DNA of 63,881 nucleotides, filler included, from Collodictyon triciliatum (GCA_043381765.1; 15 parts of 15 records of this genome joined end to end with filler, not necessarily neighbours in it); one strand, 5' to 3'; positions 10,129 through 22,446 are shown, counted from the whole stretch's first letter. Program-made: numbers and translations. The notes: generated by a model from the sequence alone, not told the origin.

Positions 10129-12972
10129 TTACTCCAAAAGAAAAAAACTCAACTGTTTTTGTCCATTTTCTTTCTTTTTTATAGCCTCATTTACCAAAGA
10201 AAGCAACCGAACGGAACGGCACATACCACTTCGCTCAACAAGAGATTGAAGCTCAGATGGCTCGAATTTTCTTCTGCTGGCTGTGTATTCTGCAAGGCGA
10301 TAAAACCCTTGACATATTCCAAGGTCTGCAGCTCTATTGTACCTTTGAAATATTTCACTCGAAGAAAATCCAACAAAATCCGCCATGGTCTTTAAAAGGC
10401 CAGGTTTTCGATTTCTCACAACATCACCCACAATCAAAGACATCACCCCTTCTGCAGCTATGTTCCGCACAGATATAATGGTGTCTAGAAGATCTCTCCC
10501 TTGGAGAATAGTATCTCGCTCGATATTCTTTTCAAAGTTGCTGAATAAAGTCATGAAATTTGGAGTCTTCAAAGTTACGTGTGCATCCCTATATTCGTTG
10601 TCATTGCATTCCTCTAAGAGATTGTGCATGCCAAAAAAAACCAATGGGTTATTTGGATTTAATTTGTTTGCCTTTATATAATACCGATATGCTCTATGGA
10701 AATGGCGAGCAGCGTGATTTTCTAGGGCCAGAATAAACTGAAATTCAACAGAATTCGAAATCTCTGCTAAGACCATTCTCCCTCGTTCATCTGAGTTGTT
10801 TCGTAGACGAAATAAATAACTGACTGCCTTTGTGAGATTTTGATTAATTACTCTATCTTTCATATGGATAGACCCGAGTGCATATAAGACATCGCCCGAA
10901 TTGTCCCGACTACTTTCCATCACACATTTTTCCATATTACCGACAACTTTCACAATCATTTCTGTGTTCTTTGTCTGATTAAAGTATTGATAGAGCTTCA
11001 AGGAGTATTCGGGAACTTTTGAGCCACATATGAGATATAGTAATCTCCGCTCAGCCTCGTCTGTCAGGCCTACCTCATAGAGCCCCCTATTATCGAAGAC
11101 AAATGAGTTCACAGACTCGTACCCTTTTGCATAGATGGCATATAGTAACTGAATTGATTTGCTATATGACTGATCACACCGTGTGCCTTCCAAGTATTCA
11201 ATACCCATGAAAAATGATGCATCAGGGTCGTCCAAAGCTGATGCTGCTCTAATTATATGTATATTGCAACTTTTCGGATTTTCTAGAACGAAACATTGTC
11301 TGAAGAGCTCAAGGATTTTCTTTTGCGCACGCAAGTGACCTGCTTGGGATGCTGCACCTAGAAGCTGAATAAAATCAAAAGGCGACTCATAATTCCCCTC
11401 TGCATTTGCAGTAATCATGTAATGTTGATAATATGCGTCGATTATCTCAGACATCACCGCTAGCTCGATAAAACGAATTCGATGCAAACCATTTAATCCG
11501 TCAAGCATGGTCTTGTAGTATTTACTAGTAAATATCTTTGCTTCATTTGAATCAACATCAAACGCAATTTCCAGTAATTTGTATGCATCCATAATACCTG
11601 TCGAGTTGACAGGGTGGGTAAGTAACTGATTTGCCTTATGAATCAGTGCCTTTATGTGCCTACTGAGAATTCCGATTTGAAGTACCTCAGCGGCTAGTGC
11701 ATGATTCCTTGAAACCTTTTTCATCAGAGTATCATAATTTTCATTCACGTAAAATAAAGAATCAGGGAACTGACCTAGAACAGCTGATTTAAGATATTTG
11801 AGACCCATTTCTATACTTTTTTGCTTTTTTTTTGGAAAGAATTGGCACTGATGTAAATGGCAATTCATCATGTAATGTGAGGCCTCTGGGTGGCCTTTGT
11901 GAGAGACCATTTGATTCAACATGTAAATGTTTTCATCGCTAGGAAGGTATAGTATGAATGAATGATAGTTGTTCATGACGAAATCTAATGCTTTTGAATG
12001 GTTCATTTCAACTGCTCTCAAAAAGTTTGCAAATGCTTTTGGAACATTACGAGGGACATGCTTTCCTTCAAATAATAAATATGCAAAGCGATAATGACAG
12101 TGGGGTATTCCAAACTCACTACATGGCCCATATAGTTCATTTATACTTTTCTTGTCAGTTTGAACATTATCGAATATTGCTTCAAGTCCCAGAAATGTAA
12201 TCGACTCCCCGATCATGAATTGAACCACGGCCGATATCTTGGGGTTCCTTCCAGGTCTCTCCAGAAGCTGATTTTGAATAATTTCGATTGCTTTCTTCTT
12301 CTCGCTACGGCGAACATGCTGAAAATCATGAGAATGGATAACCAGCATATGGTCAGAGAACAATTCCTCTGGCTCTGTTCGTTCCTGCACAATTAAGGAG
12401 TGAAGAATCTTTGGCATCACTGCATCAGGATTCAAATACATTGCGTGCGTTAGTTTGCTTAAGGCCTCACGTAAGTTCATATTTGCATAATGCTCGGCCG
12501 CGATGAGGAACAAATCTGTCTCTGAATTCATTCGCATTCTGTACAGTTTTTCTGCCTTGGGGTAGCCCTGTGAGATTGCACGCTCCAAGTGATGCATAGA
12601 GTCTAAGAAGCTTTGGTTTGTGCCTTTGCCGAGCCACAAATGGATACTGAGTTCGTAAAGAGCAGACGGCTCGTTGAATAGGGAAATAACTCGGAATAGT
12701 CTGACTAAATGGTCATCCCTCTTCAAGAATGGCCTCAAATAATTATATTCTTTGTAAACAGTATTTAGGAGGATAGGATTGAGTGATTTCTCTCGACCTT
12801 GCAAATTTTTTTCAAAGGAAGCGAGTGCCTCCAGGTGCACGGGGTCCGTTTCTTGGACTGCTTCTTCAGGGGTATGATAAAAGCTTACCAAAATATAAAG
12901 ACAAGCTGCAGATATTAATAAGCCAAAGAGAATTTTCAAGTTCGATGGATAGGATTTAAATGTGCGCATCAT
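10129..12972 (-). CDS. Intronless 947-aa Sel1/TPR-like repeat protein with N-terminal transmembrane anchor
   Basis: Long ORF. Hydrophobic ILFGLLISAACLYILVSFY near the N-terminus. Sel1 motifs ALYELSIHLWLGKGTNQS, HYRFAYLLFEGKHVPRNVPKAF, ASFFMGIEYLEGTRCDQSYSKS and YALGSIHMKDRVINQNLTKA. Confidence 0.88.
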   Translation of the reverse strand: MMRTFKSYPSNLKILFGLLISAACLYILVSFYHTPEEAVQETDPVHLEALASFEKNLQGREKSLNPILLNTVYKEYNYLRPFLKRDDHLVRLFRVISLFNEPSALYELSIHLWLGKGTNQSFLDSMHHLERAISQGYPKAEKLYRMRMNSETDLFLIAAEHYANMNLREALSKLTHAMYLNPDAVMPKILHSLIVQERTEPEELFSDHMLVIHSHDFQHVRRSEKKKAIEIIQNQLLERPGRNPKISAVVQFMIGESITFLGLEAIFDNVQTDKKSINELYGPCSEFGIPHCHYRFAYLLFEGKHVPRNVPKAFANFLRAVEMNHSKALDFVMNNYHSFILYLPSDENIYMLNQMVSHKGHPEASHYMMNCHLHQCQFFPKKKQKSIEMGLKYLKSAVLGQFPDSLFYVNENYDTLMKKVSRNHALAAEVLQIGILSRHIKALIHKANQLLTHPVNSTGIMDAYKLLEIAFDVDSNEAKIFTSKYYKTMLDGLNGLHRIRFIELAVMSEIIDAYYQHYMITANAEGNYESPFDFIQLLGAASQAGHLRAQKKILELFRQCFVLENPKSCNIHIIRAASALDDPDASFFMGIEYLEGTRCDQSYSKSIQLLYAIYAKGYESVNSFVFDNRGLYEVGLTDEAERRLLYLICGSKVPEYSLKLYQYFNQTKNTEMIVKVVGNMEKCVMESSRDNSGDVLYALGSIHMKDRVINQNLTKAVSYLFRLRNNSDERGRMVLAEISNSVEFQFILALENHAARHFHRAYRYYIKANKLNPNNPLVFFGMHNLLEECNDNEYRDAHVTLKTPNFMTLFSNFEKNIERDTILQGRDLLDTIISVRNIAAEGVMSLIVGDVVRNRKPGLLKTMADFVGFSSSEIFQRYNRAADLGICQGFYRLAEYTASRRKFEPSELQSLVERSGMCRSVRLLSLVNEAIKKKENGQKQLSFFLLE

Positions 12973-13491
12973 CTAGAGAATTCTCAACTCCCTATTTCTG
13001 TTTGAAGGTAAGCATAGTTAAATAGTATGATTTTGTGGTTTAGTTCCTTTCAAGGTCCTTTTCAAACTAGTAGGAAACTTTTTTTTTCTACTTTACATAC
13101 CTTAAAATCAACTGAATATCTCATATAGATATCAAATATGGATTGGTCATTTATGGCTGTATTTTTTTTTGTTTTTTGTTTTTGTTTTTTGTTTTTTTTG
13201 TTTTTGTTTTTGTTTTTGTTTTTGTTTTTTTGTTTTTTTTGTTTTTTTTGTTTTTTTTGTTTTTTTGTTTNNNNNNNNNNNNNNNNNNNNNNNNNNNNNN
13301 NNNNNNNNNNNNNNTTAATTAATTAANNNNNNNNNNNNNNNNNNNNNNNNNNNNNNNNNNNNNNNNNNNNTAAAAATAAAAATAAAAATAAAAATAAAAA
13401 TAAAAATAAAAATAAAAATAAAAATAAAAATAAAAATAAAAATAAAAATAAAAATAAAAATAAAAATAAATGAAAAAGGCAATATTCTGAC

Positions 13492-16400
13492 CTGTAAATT
13501 TGTTGTTTGAAAGTTCAGCGTATTTTAGTGAAGTTAGGTTCATAAAATTTGGCAGAGAACCTAATAGAATCCATAATTAGACGGTATAAATTTTGTGACA
13601 TTTATAAACATAAGTTATTTTTACCTTCAAAGTGATTGTATTGAATCGATAATGCAATTAATCTTTGCATGAATCGGAAATCAGGAAGTGTCCCTTTTTT
13701 ATTTTATTTTATTTTTATAGTGCCTCATTCAATCATAATGTTGAAATTATCTGAAATCAAATTACATTATAAAAAATATGGATGTATTATAAAAACCAAC
13801 TCAGACCTTTCAAAAAATTATTGTTTATACCAATGAATTCAATAATACGAACATTAATGAAATTTGGAAGCGCTCCTGCATTTTTAATCCAAATATTAGC
13901 AAAGGATATCATTATATTCTTTATGGAGAATATGGTGACTATTCCATTCAAATTACCTGTTAATTGATTATCCATCAGAGCTAGCTGAATAAGACTTGGT
14001 ACATTTTCGAGTTTTGGTATAGTGCCTAGAAAAGGCAATCCAAAGGTCAAAATGGCGGGAAAAAAATAAATTACTTGCTATATACTTGATATGGGAATAT
14101 AGGAATAATCACCGTTGATGAAGTTGTTTGAAAGATAGAGATATTTCAGCCTCGGCAGATGGAAATCAGGTATTGTTCCTAAATATATCCGAAAATATTG
14201 GTTTTTAAAGAAAACCTTGTTCATTTGTAAACCTAAACCAGAAAAATTCAGTTATAGCTAAAAATGAACATTTCAGTTATCAATTATGCGACAATTACCT
14301 TCTAGCCTATTGTTCATGAAGTAAATCTCCTGCAGATTGGACAGTTGGTCGAAGTTTGGTATAGTCCCTGAGTCGAAAGACGCACGATGAGTAATTTGTA
14401 ATCACCGTAAATATTGCATTTCTTGATTTTGGTCAGTTACCAGACAAATAGGTATTAAATATAGATAGCGACGTCAACGATGTCTGGTTGTACTCAGGGA
14501 TTGTTCCTATGTTTAGTAGTTTAAAAAAAAATAAAAGAAGGTAAAAATCAACGAGAATTAAATTAAATTAAATATAATAGATATTGTAATATTACGATGA
14601 TAAACCTGAAAGCTCATTATTAAAGACAATAATTTCGTTTATTGTAGAGCAGTGTAACAGTTTTGGCAGTGTCCCTGGTTAGTGTTGCAAAAATAAGAGA
14701 TACAATTTATTTATCATGATATAAAACCTATACATGAAATCAAAGACTGTGAACTTGAAATTTTCCTGTACGAATGTTTACATATACTAATGTGTGCAAT
14801 ATTGAAAGGAAGAGCATGTAGAGTAAATTATGTGCTCATTTTACCAGTGAGGTCGTTCATATCCAATCCTAGCACTGATAGAAACGGTAACTTGAACTCT
14901 GGTATTGTCCCTGTTCAAAATGCAATTTACTTTTATTTTTTAATTGTTTTCGTAACATAATTATGATTTGATATAAACGGGCACATACCCGACAGGAAAT
15001 TAGAGCCTAAAAACAATAGCTGTAGTGAGGGGCAGCTACTCATAATTGGTACGGCGCCTAATAAAACAATTATAAATTCGATAATATTGCTTTATGTCAA
15101 GAGCCAATTCTTATACACACCGTTGTGTTGATTGGCTATTCCATACATATCCACTAATAATGGCAGCTCCAAGTCTGTCGGAATGGTTCCTTTGACAAAA
15201 AGTATGTTAAAATGCTATTCAGTTCTTGATTCATCGTAAAGGCGACTGGCGAATTCTCTTTATACCAAAAAAATTAAAATACCAGAGAGCTGGTTGAAAG
15301 CGGTGCCCAGAGTGTGCATTCTGGGGGCAAACTCTACTCTAGGAAATGAGCCTAATAATTTTATGAGATATTGTTAAAAATTACAATCATTAATCGAAAA
15401 AGAAATCATATAATGCACTTAATATCTAAATATAAGGTTGCTGAAGGGATAAATTCTTTACCCGAAAGACAATTATTATGAAGATAAAGGACTTTAATAT
15501 CTGGTATATTTCTTACATTTGGGATAGTGCCTGATGTATAAATGTAAAAATTCATTAATTAAATATGTGCTCTATTACGTACAAACTATTGAGCTTACCA
15601 GTGAATGCGTTGGAATAATAGAGTATGTATATGAGAGCCGAGCTTTCTGGCCAAGGAGGAATGGTTCCTTTGAGAAAAAAAGGAAAGAATTTTTTTTGTT
15701 AGATTGGATATCTGACTTGATTAACTCACTAATANNNNNNNNNNNNNNNNNNNNNNNNNNNNNNNNNNNNNNNNNNNNNNNNNNNNNNNNNNNNNNNNNN
15801 NNNNNNNNNNNNNNNNNNNNNNNNNNNNNNNNNNNNNNNNNNNNNNNNNNNNNNNNNNNNNNNNNNNNNNNNNNNNNNNNNNNNNNNNNNNNNNNNNNNN
15901 NNNNNNNNNNNNNNNNNNNNNNNNNNNNNNNNNNNNNNNNNNNNNNNNNNNNNNNNNNNNNNNNNNNNNNNNNNNNNNNNNNNNNNNNNNNNNNNNNNNN
16001 NNNNNNNNNNNNNNNNNNNNNNNNNNNNNNNNNNNNNNNNNNNNNNNNNNNNNNNNNNNNNNNNNNNNNNNNNNNNNNNNNNNNNNNNNNNNNNNNNNNN
16101 NNNNNNNNNNNNNNNNNNNNNNNNNNNNNNNNNNNNNNNNNNNNNNNNNNNNNNNNNNNNNNNNNNNNNNGTAAAACTTCTGAAGATGAGGGAGATGTTC
16201 GAAGGACGGCAAAGTCCCTGGGTTCAGATTTCATATAAAAATAGATACAAATTGGATGTATGGATAATTTTGAAAGAGAGTAGTATAATGCAATTAATAA
16301 GAAAAGGCTCATTCCAACATCTTCACCATCCTGCACAAAATTGAAAGGAAGATTAAAAAGAAAAAAGAAAAGGCTCATTCGTACCACTGAGGCGTGAATT

Positions 16401-17391
16401 TTCTGCAAGATATATGGCGTAAAGTAGTGGAGTTTCACTGAAATTTGGTATCTCCCCTTCAATATGTGTCGCACTTGCAGATAAGAGCAAGAGGGATGGA
16501 ACGTTCCGGTAATCTGGTATAGTACCGGTAATAAAATTGCCATCGTAGACGATATATTCCAACCTGGGATGATTTATGTCTGTCAAGGTTCCATAAAGAT
16601 TGTTGCCAGAGAGCACAAAATAGGAAAGCCATGTGAGCTTTTCCAAATATCTTTCGCCTTCAGTGATGTTTCCTATGAGCATATTTTCTTCCAACAGAAT
16701 GCCAACAACCGGACACGTGTTGTTCTATGATTATCATAGGTTAATTATTACTATCGAATAGCGATTAATACGGGGATTCAAATATTATGATGATTCGTGT
16801 GTATGCAAACGCATGTGACCCATCTCAGCTTTGGGATCATTTTTCTGTATATAATCAAACACATTCATTAGATTCAAACTCACCGCTATCATCGAATCCG
16901 AGCATTGCTCATAACACTTGATACCGTACCAATAGCAGACAGGAATGGATGCATTAACCCAACCTCGTTTTTTAATCCATTTTTCTCCTCCAAAATTATA
17001 AAACAGACTCGTTAAAATATCCAAATTAGATTCAGATGTTACATTCTCTGATGTTTGTTCAAAATAAAGTCGTTCGTTGTAAGCGTGGTGATAAAAAAGC
17101 GCATTCCATCTGCCAGTTGGCTCTGATATATCCTCTTCCTGACTAACTTGGCCGCTCGTTTTGTCATCTAAATCCTCATTAATTTTGTCCATCTGATCAT
17201 GAACGAAGATGGAATTTGTATATTGCGTAGCCTTCTTGATCCGTTCGATTTGCGTCGTATTATCTCCAACATCACTGTGTAAACACATTTCACGGTAGAT
17301 GTTGCGTAGGAGAATAATGGCCTCCTCGTAGGTCAAGCTTTCGATAGTTTTTCCTTTGCTCTGACAGATTGCCTCAAGTGATGCGAGGCTG
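13492..17391 (-). CDS. Multi-exon extracellular LRR receptor-like protein (LRRNT cap followed by a one-LRR-per-exon array); partial
   Basis: Exon ~16884-17391 has the LRRNT motif (LFYNFGGEKWIKKRGW...CYWYGIKC). Exon 16385-16724 has about 4 LRRs. Partial exon 16171-16217, then an N gap. Single-LRR exons at 15599-15667, 15462-15530, 15283-15351, 15121-15189, 14989-15057, 14845-14910, 14606-14674, 14441-14506, 14299-14367, 14113-14178, 13957-14025, 13807-13875, 13625-13693 and 13492-13560. All are AG/GT bounded and read G-T-I-P-x..L..L.L..N.L. Confidence 0.92.
16299..16380 (+). mobile_element. 50-bp 5'-truncated family B retro-insertion (16315-16364) with 16-bp target-site duplication
   Basis: AAGAAAAGGCTCATTC at 16299-16314 and 16365-16380 flanks CAACATCTTCACCATCCTGCACAAAATTGAAAGGAAGATTAAAAAGAAAA. 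The insert matches the tail of the 33268-33510 copy. Confidence 0.85.
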
Positions 17392-17425
17392 CTATAGGAA
17401 AGAATGTATAAATGTTTCTTTTTTC

Positions 17426-17726
17426 AGAAATAGAAATAGAAATAGAAATAGAAATAGAAATAGAAATAGAAATAGAAATAGAAATAGAAATAGAAATAGA
17501 AATAGAAATAGAAATAGAAATGGAAAAAGAAATAGAAAAAGAAATAGAAAAAGAAATAGAAAAAGAAATAGAAAAAGAAATAGAAAAAGAAATAGAAAAA
17601 GAAAAGTACTGACTACCTGTGATGCAAATAAAATAAAAATAAAAAATAAAAAATAAAAAATAAAAAATAAAAAATAAAAAATAAAAAATAAAAAATAAAA
17701 AAAAAAAAAAAAAAAATAAAAAATAA
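17426..17726. repeat. (AGAAAT)n, (AGAAAAAGAAAT)n and (AAAAAAT)n microsatellites
   Basis: Read directly from the sequence. Confidence 0.95.
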
Positions 17727-17826
17727 NNNNNNNNNNNNNNNNNNNNNNNNNNNNNNNNNNNNNNNNNNNNTTAATTAATTAANNNNNNNNNNNNNNNNNN
17801 NNNNNNNNNNNNNNNNNNNNNNNNNN

Positions 17827-20800
17827 TGAGATTGAGATTGAGATTGAGATTGAGATTGAGATTGAGATTGAGATTGAGATTGAGATTGAGATTGAGATTG
17901 AGATTGAGATTGAGATTGAGATTGCTTTAGTGATGTTAAAATTTTAGAAAACGATGGTCTTGACTGAGATGAATTGTAAGTACCATTTACAATCAAGAAT
18001 GGTGCTATAATGTTATCGGATTCTTGATATAAAGTAATCATTCTATCATTGGCGCTTTTTTGGAACGCATCATATGTTCTTAATCTTATGGAAATCCCAA
18101 TCCTAGTATGACTAAATGTGTGAGCTTCGACAATGAATGAGCCGTTTTTTAGGCTCTCTGATTGTACAGATATTATGTCGTTTTGGTCCAATAGTTGAAC
18201 TCCTCTTATTATCTGAATTCCATAAGATGGTGAAGTTAAAAAAAGAATATCATAGCTGGTCTGAGCAGAAGAATATGTCATATCAGCCTTTCTTGAATCA
18301 ATCGTTATTCTCAAAAGTGAGTTTGTGATGGACGGGGCGATGACGTTAACATCAAAAAATCTCCATTTGTTTGCAAGAACTCTTATCAGATATATCGCGT
18401 CTTGAATTTGGAGTTTACCATTTTTGTCAGCATCCATCATTCTATATTGATATTCAGCTATTGTTGTTGTGACCATACCAGCGAGGTATTTCAAGGTGAA
18501 CTGAACATCTGCAATTGAGAATTCACAATCTCCGTCTGCATTTCCAAGGATTCTTGATGGGACGCATGTTGGTGATGTGTTTTTTTTAAGATGTATTATC
18601 TGCAAAGTTCTTCGACTATGATAATAATGTGTAGTATCTTCCTCTCTTAACTTGCTCTCTAGAACACCACCAGTTCCACATTTGATCCAAACAGCACCTG
18701 ATACAACACTTCTTCGCTCTCCCTGACCCAACCAGGATCCTATAACTGTTGTTGAAGCGTCGTTGGAAAGTAGCTTGGTTATGAAACCAGTCAAGAGATA
18801 TATTCCGTCCAACTTACATTTGAAATCTACCGTGGTAATCTCAAGGATTCCTCGGTTTGATGTAGATGGGTTTGCAGCTCCAACTATTCGGATGATACCG
18901 GGTGGGTCATTCAGAGTGACTTCAAGTTGACCTCCAGGCCAGTTTCCGCCCTTCCCGTAAGATGACACATCGATGGCATCCTTGTTGTAAGTCAAACTTA
19001 TATCTAAACTCCCTATTGGTTTTGTCCCTGTATTAATCCTCACGGGTACAGATGTGACCAACCCGATGGGCCTGTCAGTGATCGGTAGGCCTGTGGTGAC
19101 TCCTATATCTACATCCCCAATATCTGGAGCGAGGTTTGCAGCCGTAAATGATGATCCTTCGATTCCATCGCAAGTGCGTGCGGACAATTTGACAATTTTT
19201 CTAGAATTTGATATAATAGTGGCTAACCCAACATTATCTATGGTAATAGAAGTTGCATCATCGCTTTTGTACTCAAGAAGACCTGAAATTAAGTGAGCGG
19301 AGACGTATTTCGTCCCATCCCGGAAGATTACTGTGGACAGCAACCTTTGTGTTGTTTTACCTGCAATAGATGTGTATGTGGAAGGAAATGATGTTGTAAT
19401 GGTTTCTGCTTCGATACGCTCATCCAAAATACCAAGAACGATATACGCCTGTTTGTTGTAATATGAGCCTATAATCGTGATATTGCTCCAGGAACTACCG
19501 GTGGGTGATACAATATTCTTTGAAATTATTTTAGCTACATCACTTGATCTTTCAGGAATAGAAAACACAGTGTGTACCGTGGAACTTACATCGTAAAGTG
19601 TCTCATCAGAAAGAGCTATCGATAAAGAAAGCACAGAACGTTGGTAAACTTGAGTACATGTATACCGTCTTAGTTTAGTCAGTGATTGCGTATTTGAGCC
19701 CATGTAACTTGGGTACGGTGTGGAAGTCATGTTAATGGTTAAAAATCCTACAACTTCGATACTAACCCTCCCTTGAATATTCGGAGCATTCAAAACTGAT
19801 ACATAAATGCTGACACCTCCGAATCCATTACCAGTGGCTGTAATATACATATTGTTTCTTCCATTTTCTACCATGTACTGTTTGATTTGTACTAAATTGT
19901 GCGGATCTCCTGTTTGATCATCAAAACGTGTTCGAGAATCTAAGGTGTAATCGATTTGTTTACCATTTTCTAGAACACATATCACTTGTAGCATGCTTTG
20001 TGTTGGAATCCCGACAGTTGATGCAATATCACCTGTAGCTGTAATTTTCAAGTTGTTTATTGACACAAGAATTTTGATTATCTTTGGTATTTTAAGATTG
20101 ACTATCCCCAATCCTGATTTGATTACTTTTCCACATGACTTCAGAGAGACGTTTACATATTTCCCGCAGCCACTTGAATTAACAATCACACGAGGGGGGT
20201 CTCTCGATATAGACACGGCATAGTTTGATGAAGTAACCTCCAAATTTTCATAACTTGATAGCTCTAGTTGCGACCCATCTGAGAAGATGGCATATGTGAT
20301 TATACGACCTTCCATATTCTCAGAGTTTAGATTTTGCTCTATTCTAACTCTCAATACACCAATAGAACTTGGTCTGAATCCCCCATTCGGTGATACTATG
20401 GTAGGTCTTATGTCTGTGATGATAATTGGATGTATTTTCTCCACAGTAACATAGCTATCGCTGACCACAATTTGAAGAATATTTGATGTATAGCCCTTTA
20501 GTCTTAATGTCGACACTCCAGGACTTCTCCCCTGGATCGTCATATTACTCACGTCAATCACATTTTCATCAGATACGGAGTATATAGAATATCTCGATAT
20601 ATCTGCAAGAAACTCGTCTGTCCCGCTTGCAAATGTTACGATGGCATGAATTTGACTCCATTGATATCGAGGTTTAAGACAGTCTTGCGTCTTGTAATCT
20701 TGAATGGCATTCAGTATATTATCTTCCGCCGATAAATTTGCAGGGCCTTTGGGATAATATATACGAACGCTACTACGGGCCTCTTGATACGTAATGACCA

Positions 20801-22181
20801 CTGAATCTGAACCTGTTATCTCTTTGCCATTTAATTTGATTCTGCAGCCTTCCAACGTCACCGCTGCAGTATCAGGAGTTAGGCAGATAGAGTTATTTGA
20901 AATATCTTTAACTCCTTGAAACTCATAAAACTCTAAGACTGTTAGTGGAACAGTAATAGGCTGCTGAGATATCACTGCTGTATTAACAATATACTGTTGT
21001 GTAGACCGAATAAAGTGACCTCTCACCATATCTTGTCCCACGTTCAAGAATCCTATATTGCTAGATTGAGCTATGTCACATACAATGCCATATGTGAATT
21101 CTTGCACCATTGGTACATTCTGTACATCTGTCATTTGCCTAATGGTAAAACTCACGGATCCACTTCTTTCAGCAGGAGATGAATTTGTTTTCCATGATAT
21201 AGTTGCGATTTTTACTGTTCCGGTTACAGATATGTCATTGACTCCATTTTGTCGAGTCCATACTATAGAGGCACTAGAGTCTAGGATATTCGTTGCACCT
21301 GAAAACTTTCCGTCACCTTGAATACTTGTGATTGATGCTACATTTTTTGGTATTGAGAAAACTACATTCAACCCTTCAAGAATTTTTCCGTCAGTGAATG
21401 CAGTTAACACTGTTGTGAAGGTAGAAGACGGAAGAATAGGTTGTTGTGGTAATTGCAACTTCATTCCTACCTTTGGAAGCTCAGTGTAAGTTGGTAAAGC
21501 AATCATAGTTGCAAATTTCAACGGTATTATAACAGATCCATGCGAAATGTTAGGAGTAATAGTTACATTTTTGTTTGTGAACTTTGATAAAGGTATATTT
21601 ATAGCGACCATGCAGGGTATGACGCCATCATATATGCAACTCGAAGTCAGTAGAGGATTGTCTGCTATCCAAACTGTTATTTTACCTCCTAGGTTATTTG
21701 TTTCCCCTTTAGTCCCAACAAGCCAGACTCTAACATATACCGTTGGTGAGCTACTATAAATGTTTGTCGACAATGTGATTCCACGAGGCTCCGTTGGACT
21801 GATTTTGGAAACAGTGACAGAATCTGAGAGGAATTTTATATCACCCAAATAGGCATATACTGAAGGTGGAGGAGTAGTGTCTATTATACCTGTTATATTA
21901 TAATAGTAAGTCCAGTGAGAGATAATATCCATTTTGCCACGAGTGAATCCGCTGGAAGCAGGTGCGAATTCGAATGTCAGTGCAGGCTCGATTTCTTGAC
22001 TTACCGGAACACAAAAGCCACACACATCTTTCACCTCACCATGATCGCAAGGAATTGGTAAAGACTGAGACTGAGACTGAGATTGGGATTGGGATTGGGA
22101 TTGAGACTGAGATTGAGATTGAGATTGAGATTGAGATTGAGATTGAGATTGAGATTGTGATTGTGATTGGGACTGAGACTG
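17827..22181 (-). CDS. TMEM132-like cohesin/bacterial-Ig-like protein with an additional cohesin and a dockerin; intronless, open at both contig ends (>1450 aa)
   Basis: The frame is open across the whole contig, with (SQ)n at both ends. TMEM132-type motifs: IVNTAVISQQPITVPLTV, CRIKLNGKEITG, VRIYYPKGPANLSAEDNILNAI..C..PRYQ, TYAIFSDGS and SGCGKYVNVSL..C...I.SGLG. Cohesin-like VSVPVRINTG..IGSLDISLTYNKDAIDV..NDPPGIIRIVG at ~18770-19070. Dockerin-like GNADGDCEFSIADVQFTLKYLAG...DADKNGKLQIQDAIYLIRVL at ~18367-18570. Confidence 0.85.
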
Positions 22182-22358
22182 NNNNNNNNNNNNNNNNNNN
22201 NNNNNNNNNNNNNNNNNNNNNNNNNTTAATTAATTAANNNNNNNNNNNNNNNNNNNNNNNNNNNNNNNNNNNNNNNNNNNNTTATTCACTTTTTTTTTAT
22301 TCACTTTTTTTTTATTCACTTTTTTTTATTCACTTTTTTTTTATTCACTTTTTTTTTA

Positions 22359-22446
<88 letters not shown>

